The notes beneath the pieces are model-generated. The model was not told the DNA's origin. It saw only the letters and a list, made by a program, of their open reading frames with translations, and ran no database searches. The translations under genes and the position numbers were made by a program. A stretch of DNA of 20,000 nt from an uncultured Planctomycetaceae bacterium (lineage in GTDB: Bacteria > Planctomycetota > Planctomycetia > Planctomycetales > Planctomycetaceae): NCBI GenBank assembly GCA_963976765.1, contig CAXBME010000023.1, positions 123,578 through 143,577 of the forward strand. The letters run 5' to 3'. Below, piece after piece: positions 1 to 8,948 of the stretch; positions within the stretch are counted from its first letter, which is position 1; every line of letters begins with the position of its first letter.

Positions 1-2
1 AT

Positions 3-1220
3 TTTGATCACGGCCCGATGATGAAGGGCGTCTGGCAGAATTCCTACCCGATGCTGCTTCGAAACGCCGGTTACACGACGGCCTTCGCGGGCAAGTTCGG
101 ATTCGAAGTCAAAGACTCGCCCGACGCCAGGGGGAAAGGTGAGTTACCGGAGGGCGATTTTGACCGCTGGGGCGGCGGGCCGGGGCAGACTTCGTATGAA
201 ACGAAGAAAAACCGTTCGATGGTGAAGTACGCGAAAGAGTACCCGCATTCGACGTTGTCTTACGGCGCTTTCGGCCGTGATTTTGTGCGGGACGCCTCGA
301 AGGGCGATAAGCCGTTTTGCCTTTCGATCAGCTTTAAGGCTCCGCATCATCCAGTGACTCCGGACCCGAAATTTGCTGACGTCTATGTCGGAGAAACGTT
401 CACAAAACCCGCAAATTACGGTCGTGAAAACGGCGAGCACTTTTCCATGCAAAGCCGCCAGGGACGCCAGTACGAGCGGTTCGTCAGTTGGGATTACTCG
501 GACAAATACAACGAAGTCATGGCGAAGTATTATCAGCAGATTTACGCGATTGACGTTGCCGTGGGCATGATCCGGGAAGCACTGTCGGATGCCGGAGTGG
601 CTGGAAACACCGTGATCATCTACACGTCGGACAACGGGTTCATGTGCGGGTCGCATGGCTACGGCTCGAAAGTTCTGCCGTACGAGGAGTCGTCGAGAGT
701 CCCGCTGATCATGTACGACCCGCGGCACCCGAATAGTGGGAAGAAGCTTCGTTGTGACGCGTTGACCGGGAATGTTGACTTTGCACCGACGATTTTCGAT
801 ATGGCGGGCGTCGAGATTCCAGCAGGACTCGATGGGCAGAGTCTTGTCCCGCTTTACGATGACCCAACGGCAGCGATTCACGACTCGCTGCCGCTGATCA
901 ATGTGTGGGGGACGAAAGAGGTTCGCAGCCTGGGGGTTGTGACGAAGGACTGGAAGTACATTTTCTGGAGTTACGCTGAGGGAGACTTTCAGCCCACGGA
1001 AGAGCTGTACGACCTGAAGAACGATCGGCTGGAGATGAAGAATCTGGCTGCCGACGCAAGTCAGGCCGCTTCACTCGGGAAATTGCAGGAACAGTACGAT
1101 CGGCACGTCGCCGCGTGGAAAGTTCTGGCAGTACCGTACAACGATTATCAGAGGTACGCGACAGTTTTTGACCGGACGATTCCGTGGGTCGGTAAGGCTG
1201 GTCTCGCCAACGCGAAATGA
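3..1220 (+). CDS. Sulfatase (formylglycine-dependent, S1 type), 5'-truncated by the window edge
   Basis: The frame is open from the window start (FDHGP before the listed ATG at 18). Sulfatase motifs [39 protein letters not shown] and ELYDLKND are present. The catalytic CxxxR motif lies upstream, outside the window. Confidence 0.92.
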   Translation, partial: FDHGPMMKGVWQNSYPMLLRNAGYTTAFAGKFGFEVKDSPDARGKGELPEGDFDRWGGGPGQTSYETKKNRSMVKYAKEYPHSTLSYGAFGRDFVRDASKGDKPFCLSISFKAPHHPVTPDPKFADVYVGETFTKPANYGRENGEHFSMQSRQGRQYERFVSWDYSDKYNEVMAKYYQQIYAIDVAVGMIREALSDAGVAGNTVIIYTSDNGFMCGSHGYGSKVLPYEESSRVPLIMYDPRHPNSGKKLRCDALTGNVDFAPTIFDMAGVEIPAGLDGQSLVPLYDDPTAAIHDSLPLINVWGTKEVRSLGVVTKDWKYIFWSYAEGDFQPTEELYDLKNDRLEMKNLAADASQAASLGKLQEQYDRHVAAWKVLAVPYNDYQRYATVFDRTIPWVGKAGLANAK

Positions 1221-1265
1221 CTCGACCTCAACCCGCGTTCCGTAACTTCAAGCGTCCTTTGCTGG

Positions 1266-2024
1266 CTATTTCCCGGCCAGCAACCAGTCGAGGCCGTCAT
1301 TCTTTGAAGGAGCGATCGCGTCCAGACCCTTTTCACGAGGCAGGATGCTCAGCAGTGCTCCGGCAATTCTCAGGTCCTCCTGGGTTGTGACCTTGATGTT
1401 CATCGTAGAGCCCTTCACGACATGTACGGCGTGACCGAGCCGTTCAACCAGCGAAGCTTCGTCCGTCGCTTCAAAGTTGCCACGTTGTGCATAGGCTTCC
1501 AGAATCAGTTCACGCCGGAAGACCTGCGGCGTCTGTGCCGCATACAGTTTCTCTCGCGGAACCGTTTCGACGATAGAGTCACCGAGGATGCGTTTCAGCG
1601 TGCTGGAGATCGGCGTTGCGGGAATAGCGGCTCCGTGTTTTTCAGCCGCCTGAAAAATGTCATCAATCCATTGTTTAACGATCAGCGGTCTCGCCGCATC
1701 GTGAATCGCGACAAAGTCAATATCTGACTGCACGCGAGCCAGCGCGTTCATGACAGAATCCGCTCGTTCATCGCCGCCAGCAACGATGTCCAGATCTCGA
1801 AAGCCAAGATTCGGAGCATACTTCTCCTTGAACCAGTCGAGATCGTCGGGGGAAACAGTGACGAGTGTCTGGGCGACGTCAGGCCGATCGACAAACGCTT
1901 CGACGGATCTGAGCCAGACAGGGCGTCCCTGAAGTTCTCGAAAGACTTTCTTCTCACGAGGCGACTGACTACCGAAGCGAGAACTGCGACCGGCGGCGGC
2001 GATGATGACGGCGAATTTTGACAT
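1266..2024 (-). CDS. ispD: 2-C-methyl-D-erythritol 4-phosphate cytidylyltransferase (MEP pathway)
   Basis: Motifs AAGRSSRFG, GGDERADSV, AIHDAARPL, QTPQVF, TDEASL and NIKVTT in a 252 aa ORF. Confidence 0.96.
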   Translation of the reverse strand: MSKFAVIIAAAGRSSRFGSQSPREKKVFRELQGRPVWLRSVEAFVDRPDVAQTLVTVSPDDLDWFKEKYAPNLGFRDLDIVAGGDERADSVMNALARVQSDIDFVAIHDAARPLIVKQWIDDIFQAAEKHGAAIPATPISSTLKRILGDSIVETVPREKLYAAQTPQVFRRELILEAYAQRGNFEATDEASLVERLGHAVHVVKGSTMNIKVTTQEDLRIAGALLSILPREKGLDAIAPSKNDGLDWLLAGK

Positions 2025-2328
2025 CGGACGTTGCTCCAGTCTTTGTCAGGTCATTGGTGTCGGGCGATGCTGCTCGCTGGGTGGCGCGAAACAGGTTGCC
2101 CGGCGTCTACTGAAATCCGGCAGAGCTTACTTCATCGTTCGAGCCGTACAAGCACGCGCGACATTGCAACGAATTCGCCGACCGAGTGGACTGAGAAGGC
2201 AGTAGGGGCGGGGATGAATCTTCACGATCGTGGCTGCGTTTCAGAGTTTGTCGACGAGTCTCCATCTGGATTCTGTCGGAAGTCGCCTGAATAATGCGAT
2301 AATTCAGTGTCTTTATCGAAAGTCCGTC

Positions 2329-4719
2329 ATGCGAACTGCTCAGCTTCCGCCCTTCATCCTCGATCGAACCAGACGTCTGGTTTCTTTGATTGCGTTCGCA
2401 ACTGCGGCTTTTCAAATGCTGGCCGGCCACGCGCTGGCGGAAGGCGTCATCCTTAAAAACAACTTCTATATCGAAGGGCGACCGTTTGAAATTCAGGCGG
2501 TGTCGTCGTCGGTGCCGGCCAACGCAGGGAATGTGATCAATCGACCGGTCATGATGATCGATGCCGGGATGCGGCGTTACTACGTGGCGGTCCAGAAAGT
2601 CGCCAACGTTCTGCAGGGGAATGGGCTGGGGGCGCCTGAATTGTTCGATCTGCGTCAGCCTCGGCGTCCTGGCGGCAACGTTGTCGCATCAATCGGTCCA
2701 ATGCAGAACGTAACTCCGTTTGACGCTGATGGAAAGCGGCAGGTCACGTTGAACTTCGCCAGAGGTCCGGTCGTCATTGACCAGGGGATTTATGAGATCG
2801 GGCCGAAGTTCATGCGGGTTTCGGCAATGAAGCTGGACTGGGAGTTTGGCGTCGCGACGCGGTCGATTCCTCCGGCGGACGTCGACGCGATGATTCGAAA
2901 GGTTACGGATCAAAGTAAACCGGAAGATCGATTTGCCATTGTGCGATTCTTCTTGCAGGCGGAGTTGTATTTGCAGGCGCTTGCCGAGCTGGATGCCATC
3001 GCCGCCGAGTTTCCGGATTTGAAAACTCGAGTTGATGAGTTTGCCACTCAGGCGAGGCAGCAGCTCGCACAGAAACTTCTTGATGAGTTGTCAGAGCGAC
3101 GTGACAACGGGCAGCATTTTCTCGCATCGGCGAAGGCAAAGCAGTTCCCGGTCGATGGAATGAGTGCCGCGATTCTTCGTCAGGTACGCGAGTTTCTGGC
3201 TGAGTACGAAACGGCGATTGAGGACGGCGAGTCAGTCATCGCGCTCCTTGGGGAACTGCAAGGCCAGGTCAAGGATGCGGCTGTTCGGCAACGGCTGGAA
3301 GCAATGCGAAGCGAAGTTGCCGAGAAACTCAATTACGAAACGCTGCCTCGACTGCGACCGTTTCTGCAACAGGCGGGGGATCCGACGCGGACGCCGGAAG
3401 AGAAACTGGCGCTGGCGTACTCGGGCTGGGTTGCTGGAGATGCCAACGCGATCGACAGCCTTCCCCTGGCGATGAATCTGTGGCAGGCACGCTTTGAAAT
3501 GCTGCGATATGTCAGGTCGAGTGTCCCGGCAGAGCGAACGCAGATACTGGCTGACCTGCTTGGTCTGGAAGGCGTCGGTGCAGCGTCGGTGCTTCGCCTG
3601 ATTCCATTGTTGCCTCCCCTGACCAATACGCCGGGCATCAAAGCCGGACACGCGACGGAAGTCGAAGTGGACAGAGTGATGGACGGAGTCTCAGACGATG
3701 CCCCGGCGGTGAAGTATCACGTTCTGCTTCCGACAGAGTATTCGCACGACCATACCTATCCGATGGTCGTGGCTCTGCATGCTGTGGAGCGGGATCCGGC
3801 CTGGGAATTACGCTGGTGGGGAGGGACTGCCGAAGAGCCTCTGCAAGCTCAGCGGCGAGGATACATCGTCATCGCGCCGGAATATCTCGACGAAAAAGCA
3901 ACATCCTACACCTACAGCCCACAGTCGCATTATCGAGTTCTGATGGCTCTGCGTGACGCTCGCAAGAGATTCAACATTAATTCAAACCGCGTTTTCCTGG
4001 CGGGACATGGCTCAGGCGGCGATGCTTCATTCGACATCGGAAACGCCCACCCGGATCTCTTTGCAGGCGTGATCCCCATCACCGGGCAGATTCAGAATCT
4101 GGCGGTGAAGATCTGGAGAAATGGGCGCGGCCTTCCCTGGTACATCGTCAGCGGGCAGCTTGATCGAGACGTCTTCGAGAAGAATGCTTCATTGATCAAT
4201 CGAATGATGATCGGGCATTACGATGTTGTGTTAAGCGAGTTCGTGGGGCGCGGCTACGAATCTTTTTACGAGGAGATTCATCAGTTGTTCGACTGGATGG
4301 ATCTCCAGGAACGCGGACCGTCGCCCACAGAATTCGAGATGCTCACCGCAAGGCCCAACAATAACCGATTTTTCTGGCTCAAGGCGGACACGTTGGAAGA
4401 AGCGGGGCAGCCACGGGGGCGGGTGGAGAAATTTACGTCGGCGATTGTGAATCAATCGGTGCGTCCGAAAACGATCAGCGGCTCGATTCTAAAAGGGGCA
4501 CAGGACCACACGACCATCGCGATCAAAAGCCCGGCGAGGAATCATACGCTCTGGTTGTCGCCGGACATGATCGATTTCGGTATTCGTCTGCAGATACGCG
4601 TTGGAGCGCGGCGAGTGTTCAACGATTTTGTCGAGTCGAATGTTGAGCACATGCTGGAAGATCTGCGACTCCGAGGTGATCGGCAACGAGTTTACCACGC
4701 TCGTATCGATCTCAACTGA
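2329..4719 (+). CDS. Large secreted protein: helical N-terminal region plus C-terminal alpha/beta-hydrolase (peptidase/esterase-like) domain, possibly catalytically degenerate
   Basis: ATG 2329 is preferred over GTG 2230 because it gives a signal-peptide-like N-terminus (RRLVSLIAFATAAFQMLAGHALA|EG). The C-terminal part has YHVLLPTEY..YPMVVALH, GYIVIAP, NRVFLAGHGSGG, HPDLFAGVIP and VSGQLD. Confidence 0.8.
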   Translation: MRTAQLPPFILDRTRRLVSLIAFATAAFQMLAGHALAEGVILKNNFYIEGRPFEIQAVSSSVPANAGNVINRPVMMIDAGMRRYYVAVQKVANVLQGNGLGAPELFDLRQPRRPGGNVVASIGPMQNVTPFDADGKRQVTLNFARGPVVIDQGIYEIGPKFMRVSAMKLDWEFGVATRSIPPADVDAMIRKVTDQSKPEDRFAIVRFFLQAELYLQALAELDAIAAEFPDLKTRVDEFATQARQQLAQKLLDELSERRDNGQHFLASAKAKQFPVDGMSAAILRQVREFLAEYETAIEDGESVIALLGELQGQVKDAAVRQRLEAMRSEVAEKLNYETLPRLRPFLQQAGDPTRTPEEKLALAYSGWVAGDANAIDSLPLAMNLWQARFEMLRYVRSSVPAERTQILADLLGLEGVGAASVLRLIPLLPPLTNTPGIKAGHATEVEVDRVMDGVSDDAPAVKYHVLLPTEYSHDHTYPMVVALHAVERDPAWELRWWGGTAEEPLQAQRRGYIVIAPEYLDEKATSYTYSPQSHYRVLMALRDARKRFNINSNRVFLAGHGSGGDASFDIGNAHPDLFAGVIPITGQIQNLAVKIWRNGRGLPWYIVSGQLDRDVFEKNASLINRMMIGHYDVVLSEFVGRGYESFYEEIHQLFDWMDLQERGPSPTEFEMLTARPNNNRFFWLKADTLEEAGQPRGRVEKFTSAIVNQSVRPKTISGSILKGAQDHTTIAIKSPARNHTLWLSPDMIDFGIRLQIRVGARRVFNDFVESNVEHMLEDLRLRGDRQRVYHARIDLN

Positions 4720-4773
4720 CCGCGGAAATTTTCAAGCGGTTGTTGACTGCTCTCAGAGACATGATTGCCTACC

Positions 4774-4801
4774 ATGTCGGGCTCGTAGGCCGGCCCGACA
4801 T
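4774..4801. other. Intercistronic inverted repeat (9-bp stem, 10-nt loop)
   Basis: ATGTCGGGC (4774-4782) pairs with GCCCGACAT (4793-4801). There is no U-tract. It lies just upstream of the GAGG RBS of the CE15 gene. Confidence 0.5.
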
Positions 4802-4817
4802 CCAATGAGGTTTTCGC

Positions 4818-6086
4818 ATGAGAGCGTTCAGCTATCTGGTAGTAGTTGTTTTCGTTTTTCCAATGGCACTCTTGTCGGCGGCTGAGTTCCCGCCCGTCAG
4901 CGAATTGCCCATCAGTCCGGAGTTGCCGGATGCTTTGGTCATGTTTGACGGTAGTCGAGTGACGACGAATGAGCAGTGGGAGCAGAGACGACGCCCTGAG
5001 TTGAAAGCATTGTTTCAGCACTACATGTACGGATACCTGCCACCGAAATCCGCCGTCAGAGCATCTCTTACCGCCGAAAATGATGATCTGTTTGATGGTA
5101 AGGCGACGTGGAAAATTTTTACGCTGCATTACGGTCCTGAAGGAACTCCGCCCCTCGAACTGTTGCTGATTCTTCCGAAAGGTCAAAAAGGTGTTCCTCC
5201 CGTTTTTGTCGGCATTAACTTCTGCGGTAATCATTCCGTGCTGACTGACCCGAAGGTGCCGTTAGAGACATCCTGGTACTACGGAAACTGCCCAGGCTGC
5301 AAAGACAATGTTGCATCGGAAGAAAGCCGAGGCGGGCAGGCGGACCGGTGGAACGCGGAAATGATTATTGACCGAGGGTATGCGCTCGCAACGTTCTATT
5401 ACGGCGACGTCGACCCCGACAAACGCGAGAACGACTTTACTGACGGTGTGCATCCTCATTTCTTCAAGCCCGGACAATCCGAGCCAGGCAAACACGACTG
5501 GGGAGCTGTCGCCGCGTGGGCTTACGGGGCACACCGAGTGATCGATTTTCTGGAAGAAAATCAGTCCGTCGACACGAAGCGGCTGGCGCTGGTTGGGCAC
5601 TCACGTCTTGGGAAGGCAACGCTCTTTGCGGGGGCTCTGGATGAAAGAATCAAAGTGGTGATCCCTCACCAGGCCGGTTGCGGTGGAACAGCTCCCAACC
5701 GATTCAACGTTGGCGAATCCGTCGAGCGGATCAACACTTCGTTCCCGCACTGGTTCAATGATACGTTTCCGGAGTTCAATCGACAGGTCGAGCGACTGCC
5801 GTTCGATCAACATTGCCTGGTGGCGCTGTGTGCGCCGCGGGCTGTCCTTTTCTCCAACGCGGAAGAGGATCAGTGGGCAGATCCAAATGGACAGTTCAAT
5901 ATGCTGAAAGCGGCTGATCCTGTTTACCGATTCCTGGGCGTTGACGGGCTGCGACCAGGAGCGAAACCGGAGCTGGGCAAACTGATCGACAGTCGCCTGG
6001 GTTACTACATCCGCCCAGGCAAGCATACCGTGAACGCTGACGACTGGAAGGCCTTTCTGGATTTCGCGGATCGACATCTCAAGTAA
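4818..6086 (+). CDS. Secreted carbohydrate esterase family 15 (glucuronoyl esterase-like)
   Basis: Hydrophobic signal peptide, LPDAL..W..RRPEL..LF..YMYG N-terminal block, WGAVAAWAYG, nucleophile motif GHSRLGK (5595-5615), GES, LPFDQH, EDQWADP and RPGKH. Confidence 0.88.
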   Translation: MRAFSYLVVVVFVFPMALLSAAEFPPVSELPISPELPDALVMFDGSRVTTNEQWEQRRRPELKALFQHYMYGYLPPKSAVRASLTAENDDLFDGKATWKIFTLHYGPEGTPPLELLLILPKGQKGVPPVFVGINFCGNHSVLTDPKVPLETSWYYGNCPGCKDNVASEESRGGQADRWNAEMIIDRGYALATFYYGDVDPDKRENDFTDGVHPHFFKPGQSEPGKHDWGAVAAWAYGAHRVIDFLEENQSVDTKRLALVGHSRLGKATLFAGALDERIKVVIPHQAGCGGTAPNRFNVGESVERINTSFPHWFNDTFPEFNRQVERLPFDQHCLVALCAPRAVLFSNAEEDQWADPNGQFNMLKAADPVYRFLGVDGLRPGAKPELGKLIDSRLGYYIRPGKHTVNADDWKAFLDFADRHLK

Positions 6087-6189
6087 AGGTTTGCTCCGAT
6101 CAAATTTCCGACATTCGGCCAGACGATTGTCGTTTTGTTATTCCTGTTATTCCGGGCACCAGCTCCTGCACAGAAAACATGAAAATGGT

Positions 6190-7605
6190 CTAACGAGAGC
6201 GTTGTTGAGGGGAGCGTCGTCGAAAACGTGATTCCATCACCTTCGCTTCTTCCTGATCGATGGTGTCGTCGCCGTTACTGTCGGCACGGTCGAGCATTCG
6301 TTGCATCCGGATCGGTAACTCCTCGCGACTGACTTTGCCATCCCCGTTCCTGTCAAAGCCCATCAGTCGCGTAACAGAAAAGCCGCCGCCCGGTGGGCTT
6401 TCGCTTGGACGCCCCGCTCCCGGTGGTCGACTACCGGGAGCTCTGCCGCTGCCGGTCCGCCGAGCCTGACCGCCGTCGCGATCCTGTTGAAGCGTGACGG
6501 AGTATTTCTGCGTGACTGGAATACAGAAGCCCTGGTCATCATTACAGGCGAAGTATTTGACGGTGATTTCAATCGGACCGGCGTTGCGGTCGGCGTCGAC
6601 ATCGACCACAAATTCACGCGGGTCGATGTCAGCTTCGACATCAACATCAGGGCCGGTCCCTGTTGAGGGAGAGACAGATGCGTCGTCCGGCGTGGTGGCC
6701 TCCCATGAAAGTGGTTTGGCCAGGTTGTTCCAGTGAACGTGGTAGATCGGGTCCAGGTGAAAACCGAGATACAGCTTGCCTTTTCCTGATCGCAGCAGAT
6801 CCTTGTTAGCTTCAGCTCGCAGTTTCACGTAGTACGGCGTTCTGGATTCCTGCGGTTTGACCAGTAGTGCCTGTCCCGGTTCCGGCAGAAGGACTCGTTT
6901 CACGACGCCCGATGCGGCTGGTTTGGGAGTCGTTTGAATTTTCAGATCGAGGTCCGAAATTCGAGTTGGCTTCTCAACAGGTCCGACAAGTTTCTCAAGA
7001 TCGGCTCGCAACGAGTCCGGGTTGCTCCAATCACGCATGACGACGATATTTCCGTCTGGATCGATGACAAATTCTGAGTTCGGGCGATCGCCAAGTGCGT
7101 GCTTGAGGTCGTTGTCGATGGTGTCACAGAGCCAGGGGACGGTCGCTCCGAGCGTCTTCTTTGCTTCCTGAACGTGTAACAGCCGTTCTTTCAACGTGAA
7201 GGGAGTCACGTACGGACTGCTGCCGCCTTCCGGGTGAGCGAGAGCCTTATAAACGAAGTAGACCTGTACGCCTTTGGGGCCAAAGTCGCGGTGTATCGTC
7301 TCCAGACCGGGGACGTTTCTGATAAACGGGGGTCAGGTCAGGCATCCAAACACGAGCACGGAGTATTTGCCTTTTGTGCGGCTGAGCGGAAATTTCTCAC
7401 CGTCTTCATCGTAGATCGTAACGTCGGGCATCCGTTGCCCGACGTTCAATCCGCTGCGTTCGAGAGTGCTCGATCCCACGCTGCCCGGCCTACTTCCAGA
7501 GGCACGACCTTCTGGTCGTGTCTGCGAAGGTCGTTGAGCAACGGAGTCTCCAGCCTGCATTAAAGCCGTCACTGCCAGCACTGTCGAAGTGATCCAGCGT
7601 TTCAT
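6190..7605 (-). CDS. Predicted secreted selenoprotein (471 aa, Sec91): deiodinase-like thioredoxin fold with CxxU, DsbD-N-like Cx6C domain and EF-hand pair
   Basis: ORFs 7333..7605 and 6190..7209 share a frame, and the only stop between them is TGA at 7335-7333. Readthrough gives VLVFGCLT-U-PPFIRNVPGLETIHRDFGPKGVQVYFVYKALAHPE, which parallels the deiodinase FGSCT-U-PPF...YIxEAHP signature. An RBS-like AAAGGTGA precedes ATG 7605, and the N-terminus looks like a signal peptide. Confidence 0.9.
7291..7327 (-). promoter_or_regulatory. Candidate bacterial SECIS element
   Basis: The mRNA after UGA reads CCCCCGUUUAUCAGAAACGUCCCCGGUCUGGAGACGAUACAC. It folds by hand into an upper stem (C)GUC-C-CC/GG-A-GAC(G) with apical loop GGUCU starting 25 nt after UGA, and a possible lower stem GUUUAUC/GAUACAC. 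The GGUCUG core is the same as in the E. coli fdhF SECIS. Confidence 0.72.
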
Positions 7606-7680
7606 CGAAAATCACCTTTCCGGATGCATCGTGGTGGAACGAGGGACCAGATTGCGGTCCGGGATTTCTGCTCTGTCCAC

Positions 7681-7718
7681 AAACAAACCCCGAGACTCAC
7701 GGAGAGTTTCGGGGTTTG
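7681..7718 (-). terminator. Rho-independent terminator after the DUF3500 gene
   Basis: The minus strand reads CAAACCCCGAAACTC-TCCGT-GAGTCTCGGGGTTTG-TTT: a 15-bp stem with one mismatch and a U-rich tail. Confidence 0.75.
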
Positions 7719-7781
7719 CTGAATGTTTTCACGGAAGACTGTTGTGAACTCGCAAAGCAAGCTCACTCGACCGTGTCACGG

Positions 7782-8807
7782 TCAGGCCTTCAGGCCGATG
7801 TTGATGTAGGCGTGGACGTGTGGATCGCCGCGGAAGTGCCAAACGAACGACGGACCTTCGATTCTCCAGACATCCCAGATCTTGTCGCCCTTCAGATCGC
7901 CATCGGCGTAGTACGACATGTGCAGACTGTCGAGTCCGCCGCCTTCTTTAAGGACTGACATGACTTCTTTGACGTCTTCCTCTCGGTAGATTCCGAGCAG
8001 GACTTTAAGTGTCTCGGCAACCAGTTCTTTCTGGTCATTGCTGAGATCTGCGACGGCGATGCCGGGGAACTTGCCTTTCTTCCCTTGAAGAGCGACTTCG
8101 TCTTCACTGGGCGAATCTTCAAGGAGAGCGATCTTCGCCTGCCCGGCGTCGAGCGCCTTGAAGACTTCGTTGACCTGTTTCGTCTGATAGTAAAACAGGT
8201 TCTTTGCCGGATCTTCAGGACTGTGTCCGTAGACGATTGGTCCACCGAACGCGGCTCCGGGAACGCTGTTGCCGTCAGCTCGCAGCGTCAGGTGGCGACC
8301 GGTCAGTTCCCATTGGAACTTGTCGGTGCCAGGCTCGCCGAAGATGACCATCGAGTACCGACCGATTCCGCCGCCATCAGCTTTCATCTGACGAGTCAGG
8401 CGGTCATAACCTTCTTCGCTGGTGATGCCTTTGACAATCTGATCGATCAGATCCTGCTGTTCGTTCGAGTAGAAATCGCTGCCGATGGTAATCGGTGAAA
8501 TCTTCCAGTTGGCGTTGATCCGGCTTCGAAGCTGATGCTCAAACGGCAGACAAACCATTGCCGTCTGCTGGTCGCTGAACGTGTCGTACAAGGCTTTGAC
8601 GGCTGTTTCTGCTTTGCTCTTTGACGAGGGCGTGGCAAAGGCGGTCGAAGAAGCCGGCAGGAACTGCGAGGCTCCAGCAAGAGCGGCAGTTGCGCCGACT
8701 TTGCTGAGGAATCCTCGGCGGCTGACTCGTTCGCCAAAGGCGTCGAGAATTGGCGATTCCGGTGACGTTTCACAATCGGGGCAGGGACGTTGAGGCCGTT
8801 GATTCAT
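7782..8807 (-). CDS. DUF3500 family protein with twin-arginine (Tat) signal
   Basis: ATG 8807 has the RBS AAAGGA. The Tat motif SRRGFL is followed by a hydrophobic stretch. DUF3500-type blocks are present: IFGEP..FQWELTGRHLT, AFGGPIVYGH, WRIEGPSFVWHFRGDPHVH. Confidence 0.82.
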   Translation of the reverse strand: MNQRPQRPCPDCETSPESPILDAFGERVSRRGFLSKVGATAALAGASQFLPASSTAFATPSSKSKAETAVKALYDTFSDQQTAMVCLPFEHQLRSRINANWKISPITIGSDFYSNEQQDLIDQIVKGITSEEGYDRLTRQMKADGGGIGRYSMVIFGEPGTDKFQWELTGRHLTLRADGNSVPGAAFGGPIVYGHSPEDPAKNLFYYQTKQVNEVFKALDAGQAKIALLEDSPSEDEVALQGKKGKFPGIAVADLSNDQKELVAETLKVLLGIYREEDVKEVMSVLKEGGGLDSLHMSYYADGDLKGDKIWDVWRIEGPSFVWHFRGDPHVHAYINIGLKA

Positions 8808-8948
8808 AAGAGAGTCCTTTGTTGAGGTGGGAACTGAGCAGTACCAGCTCTCGTATTGGTACCGCAATTTCCCGTCGCTCGTCCACTCCAGAGCCAATTT
8901 CAGCGCCGACTTTGCGGGATGATAAATTCAGCCTGGCAGCTCGCAGGA

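Noticed and set aside
2202..2213. GTAGGGGCGGGG as a second REP
   Set aside because: It has no internal palindrome and no inverted partner.
4717..4749. Sec readthrough at other TGA stops (e.g. 4717-4719, 1218-1220, 19382-19380)
   Set aside because: These follow complete domains and lack a redox motif. The 4717 frame closes again within a few codons, and the 19380 stop is coupled to the next start.
6190..7605. Two separate genes (90 aa and 339 aa) or a nonsense pseudogene
   Set aside because: Both ORFs share a frame, the single TGA falls exactly at the catalytic CxxU/C position, the 41 intervening codons carry family motifs, a SECIS-like hairpin follows, and there are no other lesions.
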